Shown here: positions 1-8,579 of the stretch, one piece after another
How the letters are laid out: each line of letters opens with the position of its first letter
How positions within the stretch are numbered: the stretch's first letter is position 1
Virus record (IMG/VR): IMGVR_UViG_3300025018_000525
Span: 1 to 24,114 of that record
Reading direction: 5' to 3' (one strand)
DNA length: 24,114 nucleotides
Origin: a virus
Lineage: Duplodnaviria; Caudoviricetes
The notes under the pieces: model-generated
Database searches by the model: none
The model's input: only the letters and a program-made list of their open reading frames with translations
Told to the model about the DNA's origin: nothing
Made by a program: the position numbers and the translations under genes

Positions 1-47
1 GTCACGCTTTTTTGTGGGTCCGAATCTCCCGGCCGCCAGAGCAGGCT

Positions 48-278
48 GTGAGCCGCGCTGAGGAGCTGCGTGCCGACTTCGATGTCCTGGGCCAACTCCT
101 AGCCGAAGCGGACGGATCGGGCGCTGCAGCCATCGCACGTGAGAGGCGGCTGATCTCCGCCGAGCTTGAGCGCCTGGAGGACCCAGGGGAGGTTCCGTTC
201 GTTGATGAACTGGGAGCCCGCCGCCGAAGCACCTCCGAAAATCCTCGTCCTGCCGGCCGCCGCCGCCAGCCTGGATGA
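48..278 (+). CDS. terS: Terminase small subunit (putative)
   Basis: Short helical ORF overlapping the start of the large terminase. The C-terminal VDELGARRR resembles the DEL-x-ARR motif of actinophage small terminases. Start placed at GTG 48 (uncertain; the frame is open from 12). Confidence 0.7.
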   Translation: MSRAEELRADFDVLGQLLAEADGSGAAAIARERRLISAELERLEDPGEVPFVDELGARRRSTSENPRPAGRRRQPG

Positions 279-1698
279 GGCTCACGCCGCCATCGAGCAG
301 TGGGAGTTCTACTCCCGCAAGGAGCTAGACCCGCCGCAGCGACTGGCTGTCGAAGTGATGATGGCCGAATCTGCCGATGGCCGATGGGCCGCCAGAACCA
401 CTGGCCGCGAGATGCCTCGCCAGAACGGCAAGGGCGACGAGGTCGAGGTCGTCGAGTTCTGGGGCCTAACCCAGCGAGGCGAGGCGATCCTCCACACGGC
501 GCACGAGCTCAACACCGTGTCGTCGGCGCACCAACGCATGGTGGCGCTTCTGACGCACAAGGACTTCCGCGGCAAGCGCCAGCCGAAGATCCTCAACGGT
601 CTCGGACAACAACTCATCGCTATGGGCGATGCTGTCATCCAGTACCGGACCCGCACAGCTGGCGGCGGCCGAGGCCTTGACGACATCAGTCGCCTGATAG
701 TCGACGAGGCACAACACGCTCGACCCGAGCAGCTCGCATCGGCCACCCCAATCCTTCTGGCGAACCCGAACCCACAGATGAACTTCGCCGGCACGGGCGC
801 CATCGCCAACGTGTCCGACTGGTGGTGGAGCCTTCGCATCCGAGCGATCGGCACCGAGCCTGGGGCGTTCGGCTACGTCGGCCACACCGCCGAGGTCGTC
901 TACCTCGACCCTGAAGGCGAAGTCATTCAGGAGCCGGTCGACCCCTCGGACCGCACCCTGTGGACGCCGCCAAATCCGGCACTGACATTCGGCCGCGCTG
1001 AGATGGCGTTCCTCGAGGAGCAGTTCCGCATCCTCGGCCCAGCACTCTTCGCACGGGAGCACATGGGCGTCTGGGACGCCCCGCCGTCGGCATCGTCATC
1101 GAATGGCCTGGATCTCGAAGCATGGAACGCCCTAGCTGATCCCGGCGCCACTCGTGGCCGCTCCGTGGTCTTCGGCGTCGACGTCACCGTCGACCGCCTC
1201 GCTCACATTGCCGTCGCATGGCACCGCCCCGACGGTCGGGTTCAGGTGATGCTCACCGACACCGGCGTATCACCCCTGCACACGGCTACACGTCTACAAG
1301 AGGTCGAGGGTCGGTGGAAGGGCCCCGTCATGCTCGGCGGCCCGTCAGCGGCGCTTGAGGGCGACGTGAGGAACGCCACCATCGTATCGAACCCCGAATT
1401 CGCCGCCGCCTTCGGTCGACTCAACGACCTGATCGCCGACGACATGCTCCGTCACGGCAATCAGCCCGAGCTGAACCGGGCCGTGGACCTGGCCCGCCTG
1501 CAGACCTACGGCCAAGCGGGGGAGCGCACATTGCGCCTCCGAGACGCCACTGAGGTCGGCCCACTCGCCGCCGTCGTTCGCGCGATCCACGGCCTACAGA
1601 CGGCACCGCCGCCGCCACCACAACCCGTCTCCGCCGGCACCGCCAGCCCAGCCACCACGTACGGCGACACCGCCGATCTAGCCACGATCTCGTTCTGA
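205..1698 (+). CDS. terL: Terminase large subunit
   Basis: Walker A MPRQNGKG, HTAHE motif, Walker B LIVDEAQ, NPAL..REH segment and nuclease-domain FGVDVT. ATG 205 follows a GGAGG element. Confidence 0.93.
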   Translation: MNWEPAAEAPPKILVLPAAAASLDEAHAAIEQWEFYSRKELDPPQRLAVEVMMAESADGRWAARTTGREMPRQNGKGDEVEVVEFWGLTQRGEAILHTAHELNTVSSAHQRMVALLTHKDFRGKRQPKILNGLGQQLIAMGDAVIQYRTRTAGGGRGLDDISRLIVDEAQHARPEQLASATPILLANPNPQMNFAGTGAIANVSDWWWSLRIRAIGTEPGAFGYVGHTAEVVYLDPEGEVIQEPVDPSDRTLWTPPNPALTFGRAEMAFLEEQFRILGPALFAREHMGVWDAPPSASSSNGLDLEAWNALADPGATRGRSVVFGVDVTVDRLAHIAVAWHRPDGRVQVMLTDTGVSPLHTATRLQEVEGRWKGPVMLGGPSAALEGDVRNATIVSNPEFAAAFGRLNDLIADDMLRHGNQPELNRAVDLARLQTYGQAGERTLRLRDATEVGPLAAVVRAIHGLQTAPPPPPQPVSAGTASPATTYGDTADLATISF

Positions 1699-1711
1699 GG
1701 AGGTAGGCACA

Positions 1712-2932
1712 GTGTCCGACGTTGCGCCTCCCGCGCCTCCGATCTCCGAGCGTGGCTACGTCACGCAAACCACGAACTGGTGGTCGTCGGACGAGTTCGA
1801 GCAGACGCCCGAGCTTCGTTGGCCGCTCTCGATCGACGTCTTCGACAAGATGCGCCGCACCGACGCACAGGTCGCATCAGTCCTCCGTGCCGTGACCTTG
1901 CCGGTACGCCGCACCACGTGGCGTATCGACCCGAATGGCGCACGTGACGAGGTCGTTCAACAGATCGCGCTGGACCTCGGTCTACCGATCGTCGGCGGCG
2001 AGGTCCCCGCCACCCGCACCCGCGACCGCTTCTCGTGGCCGAACCATCTGCGCCTCGCTCTCCTGATGCTCCCGTTCGGGCACATGTTCTTCGAGCAGAA
2101 CGTCCGCATCGACGACGCCGGCAAGGCCCGCCTCCGCAAGCTCGGCCCACGAATGCCCCGAACCCTGACCGCGGTCAATGTGGCCGACGACGGCGGGCTC
2201 GTGTCGATCGAACAAGCCGCAGGAGCGTCGAAGGTCGAGATCCCGGTCAACCGTCTCGTGGCCTACGTCCACGACCAGGAGGGCGGCAACTGGCTCGGGT
2301 CGAGCCTGCTGCGCCCGGCCTACAAGCACTGGATCATCAAGGACCGGCTGCTGCGAGTGCAGGCCCAGACGATCGACCGCAACGGCATGGGCATCCCGCT
2401 CTACCAGGGCGCCCCGAACGAGGAGTCACTGGCGGACGGCGCTGCACTCGCTCAGGCGTGGCGCTCCGGTGACAACTCTGGCGCCGCCGTCCCGAACGGT
2501 TCTGACCTGGTCCTGCGTGGCGTCGAGGGCACGTTGCCCGATGCCGACCCTGCCATCCGCTACCACGACGAGCAGATCGCCCGCGCAGTGCTCGCTCACT
2601 TCCTGAACCTCGGCACCGAGACTGGCTCGTGGGCGCTCGGCTCCACGTTCGCCGACTTCTTCACCCTGTCGCTGCAGGCCTTGGCCGAGCAGATCGCGGA
2701 CGTGTCCACGCAGCACATCGTCGAAGACCTCGTCGACTGGAACTGGGGCGTCGATGAGTCGGCGCCGCGGATCGTGTTCGACGAGATCGGCAGCCAGATG
2801 CCCGCCAACGCGCAGGCCATCAAGATGCTGGTCGACGCCGGTGTGATCTTCCCCGATCGGGTCCTCGAAGAGGCGATGCGCCAACTCCACGGCCTTCCGC
2901 CCAAGGACCTACCCCCACCCGCCGCACCATGA
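1712..2932 (+). CDS. Portal protein (DUF935/Mu gp29-like)
   Basis: Follows terL, with RBS GAGGAGG. Motifs KMRRTDAQV, GSSLLRPAYKHW..K, I-RYHDEQI-AR, GSWALG. Confidence 0.9.
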   Translation: MSDVAPPAPPISERGYVTQTTNWWSSDEFEQTPELRWPLSIDVFDKMRRTDAQVASVLRAVTLPVRRTTWRIDPNGARDEVVQQIALDLGLPIVGGEVPATRTRDRFSWPNHLRLALLMLPFGHMFFEQNVRIDDAGKARLRKLGPRMPRTLTAVNVADDGGLVSIEQAAGASKVEIPVNRLVAYVHDQEGGNWLGSSLLRPAYKHWIIKDRLLRVQAQTIDRNGMGIPLYQGAPNEESLADGAALAQAWRSGDNSGAAVPNGSDLVLRGVEGTLPDADPAIRYHDEQIARAVLAHFLNLGTETGSWALGSTFADFFTLSLQALAEQIADVSTQHIVEDLVDWNWGVDESAPRIVFDEIGSQMPANAQAIKMLVDAGVIFPDRVLEEAMRQLHGLPPKDLPPPAAP

Positions 2933-4170
2933 ACGGAGCGCCGCCCGTGACCGACTTCCGCCAGCGCGTCCAGGCGCTCATGCGTCCCGACCGCCAGCCG
3001 ATCAAGGCCGAGATCCCCGGCGTCAAGGGTGACCGCTCGACGGCGATCATTCGCCTGTACGACTCGATCGACTCGTACGGTGAGTTCTGGGGCGTGTCGG
3101 CAAACGAGTTCGCCACCGTGCTCGACAGCCTGCCCGAGTCAATCCTCGAGATTCGGCTACTCATCAACTCGCCCGGCGGCGAGGTGTTCGAGGGCATCGC
3201 CATCCTCAACCAACTGCGGAACCACCCGGCCCGCACCGTCGCCGTCGTAGAGGGCATTGCCGCATCGGCCGCCTCGTTCATCGCTGCGGGCTGCGACGAG
3301 CTCATCATGTCCAAGAACGCCGAACTCATGGTCCACGACGCCTGGGGCCTGTGCGTCGGCAACGCAGACGACATGACGCAGATGGCCGAGAACCTCGGCC
3401 GGATCAGCGACAACATCGCCAGCATCTACGCCGACAAGGCTGGCGGGACCACCGAGGACTGGCGTGCCGTCATGGCCGCCGAGTCGTGGTTCTCCGCCGA
3501 CGAGGCCGTCTCGTCGGGTCTGGCCGACAGCCTCATTGACAGCGCACCGGAAGACGACGCCAAGCCGGCGAACCGCTTCGACCTGTCCATCTTCAACTTC
3601 GCCGGGCGCGCCCAAGCGCCCGAGCCCAAGATCCCCGCCGACCATCAGGACGTCGGGTCCCGCAACACCCCCCCACCACAAGGAGGCTCTGCCGTGGCGT
3701 TCAGCGACGAGCAGCTCACCGACCTGCGGCAGAAGCTCGATGTCACCGAAGACGCCGACGAGGCCACCATCCTCGCGGCTCTCGACGGTCTCATCGAGCA
3801 GATCACTGCACCGTCGACCGAAGATGACGACGCCCCGGCTCTGCCCGACGGCGTTGTCGCAATCAGCGAAGGCCAGCTCGAAGAGCTGCGCGCTGATGCC
3901 CAGGCCGGCCGCGAGGCCCGTGCTGAGCAGATCCGCAGCGAGCGTACCGCTCTCGTGGTCGCCGCCATCTCCGATGGTCGGATCGCACCCGCCGAGCGTG
4001 ACGCGTGGCTGGCCAAGCTCGATGCCGGTACCGGCGCCGAGCAGGTCCTCGCTTCGCTGAAGCCCGGGATCATCCCCGTCGGCGAGCCGGTCGGAGCCGC
4101 TGGCGCCGCCGACCTCGACACCGAGTTCAACGAATACAACGCCATCTACGGCAAGGAGGCCACGGTCTGA
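2929..4170 (+). CDS. ClpP-family prohead protease fused to a scaffold domain
   Basis: INSPGGEVFEG, GIAASAAS (catalytic Ser), MVHDAW (His) and ESWFSADEAV..GLAD, followed by an acidic helical C-terminal scaffold-like half. Confidence 0.92.
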   Translation: MNGAPPVTDFRQRVQALMRPDRQPIKAEIPGVKGDRSTAIIRLYDSIDSYGEFWGVSANEFATVLDSLPESILEIRLLINSPGGEVFEGIAILNQLRNHPARTVAVVEGIAASAASFIAAGCDELIMSKNAELMVHDAWGLCVGNADDMTQMAENLGRISDNIASIYADKAGGTTEDWRAVMAAESWFSADEAVSSGLADSLIDSAPEDDAKPANRFDLSIFNFAGRAQAPEPKIPADHQDVGSRNTPPPQGGSAVAFSDEQLTDLRQKLDVTEDADEATILAALDGLIEQITAPSTEDDDAPALPDGVVAISEGQLEELRADAQAGREARAEQIRSERTALVVAAISDGRIAPAERDAWLAKLDAGTGAEQVLASLKPGIIPVGEPVGAAGAADLDTEFNEYNAIYGKEATV

Positions 4171-4553
4171 TGTCGGACTACCTGCCCCGTTTCAAGCCCG
4201 GTCAAGCCATCACATCGACGTCCTCCGCTGCCATCACTGGCGGTCGACTCGTGGCGGTTTCCGGGTCCGGCACCACTGCCACCGCGGCCGCCGACTCCAC
4301 GACTGTCGTGGGAGTCGCCGGCCAGGACGTCGCCGCTTCCGGCGAGAAGTTCCTGATGTTCCCGATCAAGAGCGGCGTCGTGCACAAGCTCGTCGCTTCC
4401 GGCGCCATCACCGCCGGAGCCACGGTCGTGGCCGACACCGGCGGAAAGGTCAAGGCCGTCACGGTCGGGACCGCCGCCGCCGCTGGCACTGACCTCGGGA
4501 AGGCCCTGACCACCACCACCACGGACGGCGACATCGTCGACGTCCTGCCCTAG
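4170..4553 (+). CDS. Capsid decoration/cement protein (DUF2190-like)
   Basis: Small Ala/Gly/Thr/Val-rich beta protein between protease and capsid (ASGAITAGATVVADTGGK, GKAL). The ATG overlaps the upstream TGA and follows AAGGAGG. Confidence 0.75.
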   Translation: MSDYLPRFKPGQAITSTSSAAITGGRLVAVSGSGTTATAAADSTTVVGVAGQDVAASGEKFLMFPIKSGVVHKLVASGAITAGATVVADTGGKVKAVTVGTAAAAGTDLGKALTTTTTDGDIVDVLP

Positions 4554-4568
4554 AGGAGCCGCACCACC

Positions 4569-5498
4569 ATGGCAATCACCTATCCCCCCGCGGCACCGTC
4601 CCTCTCGGGCGACGCCCTCACCATCCAGCGGTTCCTCCAGAGCCCCACGCAGGTGTCTCGACGCCTGCGTACGCTCGCCGAGCAGCGCTACATCGCCGAC
4701 TCGCTCCTGACTGGCCGATTCTCGGCTACCGGTGGAGCAATCCTGTACGAGACCGGCGAGTCCATCTTCAGCGGCGAGGACCCCCTTGCCATTGATCCCG
4801 GCGCCGAGTACCCGCTCGTCACCGTGGGCACCGGCTCGGCGTCCCTCGCCCATGTCGTCAAGTGGGGCCAGGACACCCTGGTCACTGACGAGTCCATCAA
4901 GCGACGCCAGATGGACCCGGTTGAACGCGCCTTCGTGAAGCTGGTCAACCAGAACGTGAAGACGGTCGACACGGCTGCGATCGCTGCGATTGCTTCGGCG
5001 GTCACCCAGAGCACCGGCGCCGCCGCTGCTTGGTCCACTGCTGGCACGACCGCCGCGCAGGTCCTCAACGACGTCCTGCAGGCCGCAGCGTCCATCCGGG
5101 CGCTGAACATGGGCTACGACCCCGACACGGTCGTCGTCAACGACGCGGACCATGCCAGCGTCCTGGCCAAGTTCGTGGCGGCCGGCTACTTCGCCCGCGA
5201 GTCCTCGGGCGACAACCCGGCCCTTACTGGCGACTTCCCGGTCATCGCCGGGATGCGTTGGCTCTCGACCCCGAACATCGTCGCCGCTGACACGGCGCTG
5301 GTGCTCGACTCGACCCAGCTCGGCGGCATGGCCGACGAGGATCTCGGCGGTCCCGGATACACCGGTCAGGGCCCCGCTGGCGTCGAGGGCAAGGCGATCC
5401 GCGACGACGACAACGACCAGTGGCGCCTCCGGGTCCGTCGGGTCACCGTCCCCGTCGTCATCGAGCCGGGTGCCGGCTGGAAGATCACGGGGGTCTGA
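4569..5498 (+). CDS. Major capsid protein (HK97 fold)
   Basis: 309 aa, expected position, RBS GAGGAG. Motifs PGAEYP, KWG..VTDE, GYDPDTVVVN and the C-terminal P-domain strand VPVVIEP. Confidence 0.88.
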   Translation: MAITYPPAAPSLSGDALTIQRFLQSPTQVSRRLRTLAEQRYIADSLLTGRFSATGGAILYETGESIFSGEDPLAIDPGAEYPLVTVGTGSASLAHVVKWGQDTLVTDESIKRRQMDPVERAFVKLVNQNVKTVDTAAIAAIASAVTQSTGAAAAWSTAGTTAAQVLNDVLQAAASIRALNMGYDPDTVVVNDADHASVLAKFVAAGYFARESSGDNPALTGDFPVIAGMRWLSTPNIVAADTALVLDSTQLGGMADEDLGGPGYTGQGPAGVEGKAIRDDDNDQWRLRVRRVTVPVVIEPGAGWKITGV

Positions 5499-5500
5499 TC

Positions 5501-5713
5501 ATGGGCCACCGTGTCATCGCCCCACTCGTGCAAGCGCGTCTCTCCGACGGCGGGTATGTCCACGTCTACGCCGGGGGCTCCATGCCGGCCGACGCGGACC
5601 CCGACCAGCTCGACCAGCTGGTCGGGTCCGGCATGGTCGTCGAGGTTGAAGATGCTGAGGAGCCCGCGCCTGAGCCTGAGCCCGCGCCGTCGCGCAAGAC
5701 GTCGGCCAAGTAG
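5501..5713 (+). CDS. Small acidic protein after the major capsid gene
   Basis: MGHRVIAP...LDQLVGSGMVVEV with a Pro/Glu/Lys tail, as is typical of the small gene after MCP. Good codon usage. Confidence 0.7.
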   Translation: MGHRVIAPLVQARLSDGGYVHVYAGGSMPADADPDQLDQLVGSGMVVEVEDAEEPAPEPEPAPSRKTSAK

Positions 5714-5732
5714 CTGACAGGAGGTCGGGCTC

Positions 5733-6098
5733 GTGACCATCACCCTCGCCGATGCACTCGAGAAGCTGAACATCCCCAACGATTCCTCGGAGGTTTACGA
5801 GGTCTCTGACTACATGGATGCGGCCAACGAGTGGATCGCCGAGAAGGTGACGGACACGAGCCCGGCCCCGGTCAAGCTGGCGACACTGTTCCTGCTCGAC
5901 CACCTGTGGTCACTGCAGCGGGGGCCGGCAGTCGCCAACCCGATCGACGACTATGGCGTCGGCTTCATCGGCTCGCCTGGGTTCGCCATCCCGAATCGGG
6001 TGCTCGAACTCATAGCGCCGTACATCACGAAGACGGGACCGCTGTACTCGTTCCCTGACGCCGTCGCCTTCCCTGATCCTGTCGAGTGGCCCACGTGA
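5733..6098 (+). CDS. Head-tail connector/adaptor (gp6/gp15-like)
   Basis: ITLADALEKLNI, PAPVKLATLFLLDHLW..QRG and IPNRVLELIAPY motifs. RBS AGGAGG. Confidence 0.8.
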   Translation: MTITLADALEKLNIPNDSSEVYEVSDYMDAANEWIAEKVTDTSPAPVKLATLFLLDHLWSLQRGPAVANPIDDYGVGFIGSPGFAIPNRVLELIAPYITKTGPLYSFPDAVAFPDPVEWPT

Positions 6099-6580
6099 GC
6101 ACGACCCTGTTCTGGGCTGTGCGCTCATACCTAGTCACGCTTGCTGACTCGTCGTCGGCCCGTGGTGTCGTCACGTTCGACGGCCCGTTGATCAGAGGCT
6201 CCGTGCCGCACTCCTACATCATCATCGGCAGCGATGGCGGCGAGGACGGCGTCGGCTCTGGCGGGCTACAGGATGGCGGCATTGCCAACCAGGTGGACCA
6301 CCCGATCGGCAACGGCGCCCGCGACGAAACGGGCGAGGTCATCTGCTCGTTCTGGTCCCGCTCTGGCGGCACCGATCTAGCTGTCCCCCGGGCGGCAGTG
6401 GCGTCGATGACGTCGGACTTCGTGGCCGCGCTCAACGCCGACCGGACGCTCGGCGGTCTGCTGTCGACGCCTGGGTGGTACGCCGCCCTCTCTTCTCTGC
6501 GTCCCCGTGAAGCCCAGACGGACCGGGGCGCCCTCGCTGGCGAAGTCCTCACCGTCTCTTACCGAGCCCTGCTCATCTAA
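6095..6580 (+). CDS. Tail completion/terminator-like protein
   Basis: Lies between connector and major tail. Motifs TFDGP, RDETGEV and ADRTLGG. The GTG overlaps the upstream TGA. Confidence 0.65.
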   Translation: MSTTLFWAVRSYLVTLADSSSARGVVTFDGPLIRGSVPHSYIIIGSDGGEDGVGSGGLQDGGIANQVDHPIGNGARDETGEVICSFWSRSGGTDLAVPRAAVASMTSDFVAALNADRTLGGLLSTPGWYAALSSLRPREAQTDRGALAGEVLTVSYRALLI

Positions 6581-6596
6581 GGAAGGTCGACACCCG

Positions 6597-6809
6597 ATGT
6601 CCGACGTCGAGAACTTCCGCGACGCCCAGGCCGCCGAATACGGCGAGTACGTGGCCGTGGAACCCATCAACATCAACGGGGTGCGGGCGTTCAACGTCGG
6701 CGACCCCGTGCCCAAGTCGCACGTGACTGGCGCCGTTGTGGCGAAGAGCCAGATCAAGAGCGTGGACGCCAAGGCCTCCAAGGCCCCTGCAACTGGAGAG
6801 GACGCCTGA
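6597..6809 (+). CDS. Small hypothetical virion-region protein
   Basis: MSDVENFRDAQAAEYGEYVAVEPININGVRAFNVGDPVP. RBS GGAAGG. Fills the gap before the major tail gene. Confidence 0.7.
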   Translation: MSDVENFRDAQAAEYGEYVAVEPININGVRAFNVGDPVPKSHVTGAVVAKSQIKSVDAKASKAPATGEDA

Positions 6810-6810
6810 C

Positions 6811-7398
6811 ATGGCGAACACCACCGCAACCCCGAACCTCCTGACCGACCCCGGTTTTCTCTTTTGGGCACCCCTGTCGTCGACTGAGCCCACGAACACC
6901 GTGACCGGCTCCGTCTTCACCGACGCCTGGCCGGTCGCCTGGATCAACCTCGGCGCCACCGCCGACGGCTCTCAGTTCTCCTACGAGACGAGCGTCGACA
7001 AGGTCACCGTCGCGGAGCTCCTCGACCCGGTGAAGTACAAGTCGACCGCCCGCGCCGGCAACATCTCGTTCGCCCTCGCCGACGTGACCCTCGCCAACCT
7101 CAAGCGGGTCCTCAACGGCGGCACCCTGTCGGTCGTGTCCGGCACCGGCGCCACCACCCTGTCGAGCTACACCCCGCCAGCCCCGGGCGAAGAGGTGCGC
7201 TGCATGATCGGCTGGGAGTCCCTCGATGCGACCATGCGTCTCATCGCCTACCAGTGCCTCCAGGGTGGCGACATCTCGATGAAGTTCTCGGCGCTCTCGT
7301 CGACCGACTTCACGTCCATGAGCGCCACGTTCAACTTCGAGATCCCCTCGGGCGGCAACCCGTTCAAGGTCTACACCGCCGGCACGGCTCGCGGCTGA
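6811..7398 (+). CDS. Major tail (tube) protein
   Basis: About 195 aa, beta-rich, with AWINLGATADG motif. Lies directly before the chaperone and tape measure genes. RBS GGAG. Confidence 0.85.
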   Translation: MANTTATPNLLTDPGFLFWAPLSSTEPTNTVTGSVFTDAWPVAWINLGATADGSQFSYETSVDKVTVAELLDPVKYKSTARAGNISFALADVTLANLKRVLNGGTLSVVSGTGATTLSSYTPPAPGEEVRCMIGWESLDATMRLIAYQCLQGGDISMKFSALSSTDFTSMSATFNFEIPSGGNPFKVYTAGTARG

Positions 7399-7886
7399 TG
7401 ACACAGCACCTAGGGGACTTCGGAACCGCCCACGAATCAGTCGATCTCACCTTCGGCTGGTTCGGGGAGGTCATCCGCATCCATCCGGACCTCACCGACC
7501 TGGCCGTCATGGACCTCGTGTCTGCGATGTCGGGCATGGGTGAGATGGCGGCCGACGACGAGAACGCAGCCAAGGCTGGGCAGTTGGTCGCGCAGACCGT
7601 CAAGGACATGGGCACCGTGCTCGTCCACCCCGATGACGTCGCCGAGTTCTGGCGCCTCGCCAAGGCCAACCGTCAAGGCATCGAGGACATCGCCAACCTT
7701 GCCGCGAGTCTGATGTCGGGAGTGGCTGACCGCCCTACCCTGCTGCCCTCCGGCTCATCGGATGGGCAGCAGCCAACCGATACGAGCTCAACGGCGTCCT
7801 CATCCTCGCCGGCCATGGAGCTACTGAACGGTCGCCCAGACCTGCAGGTGGCCGTCCTGCGGGCCGAGGAACGCCGGGTGGGCTGA
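7398..7886 (+). CDS. Tail assembly chaperone (G-like)
   Basis: Follows the major tail gene with a TGATG overlap. Acidic helical protein with an RPT motif followed by a Ser-rich low-complexity tail. Confidence 0.8.
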   Translation: MTQHLGDFGTAHESVDLTFGWFGEVIRIHPDLTDLAVMDLVSAMSGMGEMAADDENAAKAGQLVAQTVKDMGTVLVHPDDVAEFWRLAKANRQGIEDIANLAASLMSGVADRPTLLPSGSSDGQQPTDTSSTASSSSPAMELLNGRPDLQVAVLRAEERRVG

Positions 7887-8125
7887 GCCTGCCCGACATC
7901 TGCGACGCGGCCTACGCCCTCTGGCTGAGCCAACTCGAAGAGCAGGTGCGATCAGAGCGCCAGGTCGCCGCCGTGTTGATCGCGGCGGGCGCCAAGGACA
8001 TCGAGCTTCCCGACCCGGCTGCGGCCAGGCAGAAGCTCGACGCCGAACTGAACGAGATCCGACAGCCCATCTCGCCGTCCCGGCGGGTGTTGCTCGAAGC
8101 CTTGGGGGTGACACGTGGTCGCTGA
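7730..8125 (+). CDS. Tail assembly chaperone extension (T-like), reached by a probable -1 frameshift
   Basis: Stop-free -1 frame from just after TGA 7727-7729 to TGA 8123-8125, absent from the ORF track. Reads PYPAALRLIGWAAANRYELNGVLILAG...LSLPDICDAAYALWL...LLEALGVTRGR and fills the 7887-8114 gap. Confidence 0.75.
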   Translation, partial: PPYPAALRLIGWAAANRYELNGVLILAGHGATERSPRPAGGRPAGRGTPGGLSLPDICDAAYALWLSQLEEQVRSERQVAAVLIAAGAKDIELPDPAAARQKLDAELNEIRQPISPSRRVLLEALGVTRGR

Positions 8126-8579
8126 CATCACCATCACCGGCGTCGACAACTTGCAGCGCCTCGCCCGCGATCTCAAGGAGATCGGTGACAAGGAGCTGCG
8201 CAAGGAGCTGTACAAGGGGATCAACCGGTCTACGAAGCCGATGAAGGCCAAGGTCAAGAACGCGGCACTGGCCGACATGCCGAAGGCTGGCGGGCTGAAC
8301 AAGTTCGTAGCATCGGCGCGCCTTTCGACGACCACTCGCGGCGGCGGCCGAAATCCTGGCGTGACCATCAAGGGCAGGAAGTCGGGCCACGACCTGCGTG
8401 CCATCGACCGCGGGAAGCTTCGTCACCCGGTCTTTGGAGACCGCGAGGTCTGGGTGAATCAGAAGGTGAAGCCCGGCTTCTTCACGAAGACCCTCGCAGC
8501 CGAGGCGCCGACCGTCCGCAAGGAACTGATCGGCGTCATCGACGACATCCGCAAGCAGATGGGCCGCAGGCGTGTCTGA
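8115..8579 (+). CDS. HK97 gp10-like tail component
   Basis: Basic 154-aa protein with ITGVDNLQRLARDLK N-terminus and LRHPVFG..WVNQ..KPGFF motif. Confidence 0.7.
   Translation: MVADITITGVDNLQRLARDLKEIGDKELRKELYKGINRSTKPMKAKVKNAALADMPKAGGLNKFVASARLSTTTRGGGRNPGVTIKGRKSGHDLRAIDRGKLRHPVFGDREVWVNQKVKPGFFTKTLAAEAPTVRKELIGVIDDIRKQMGRRRV

Noticed and set aside
1-47. T-run upstream of terS as a possible cos/pac site
   Set aside because: The position is plausible, but the upstream context is missing and no diagnostic sequence can be identified.
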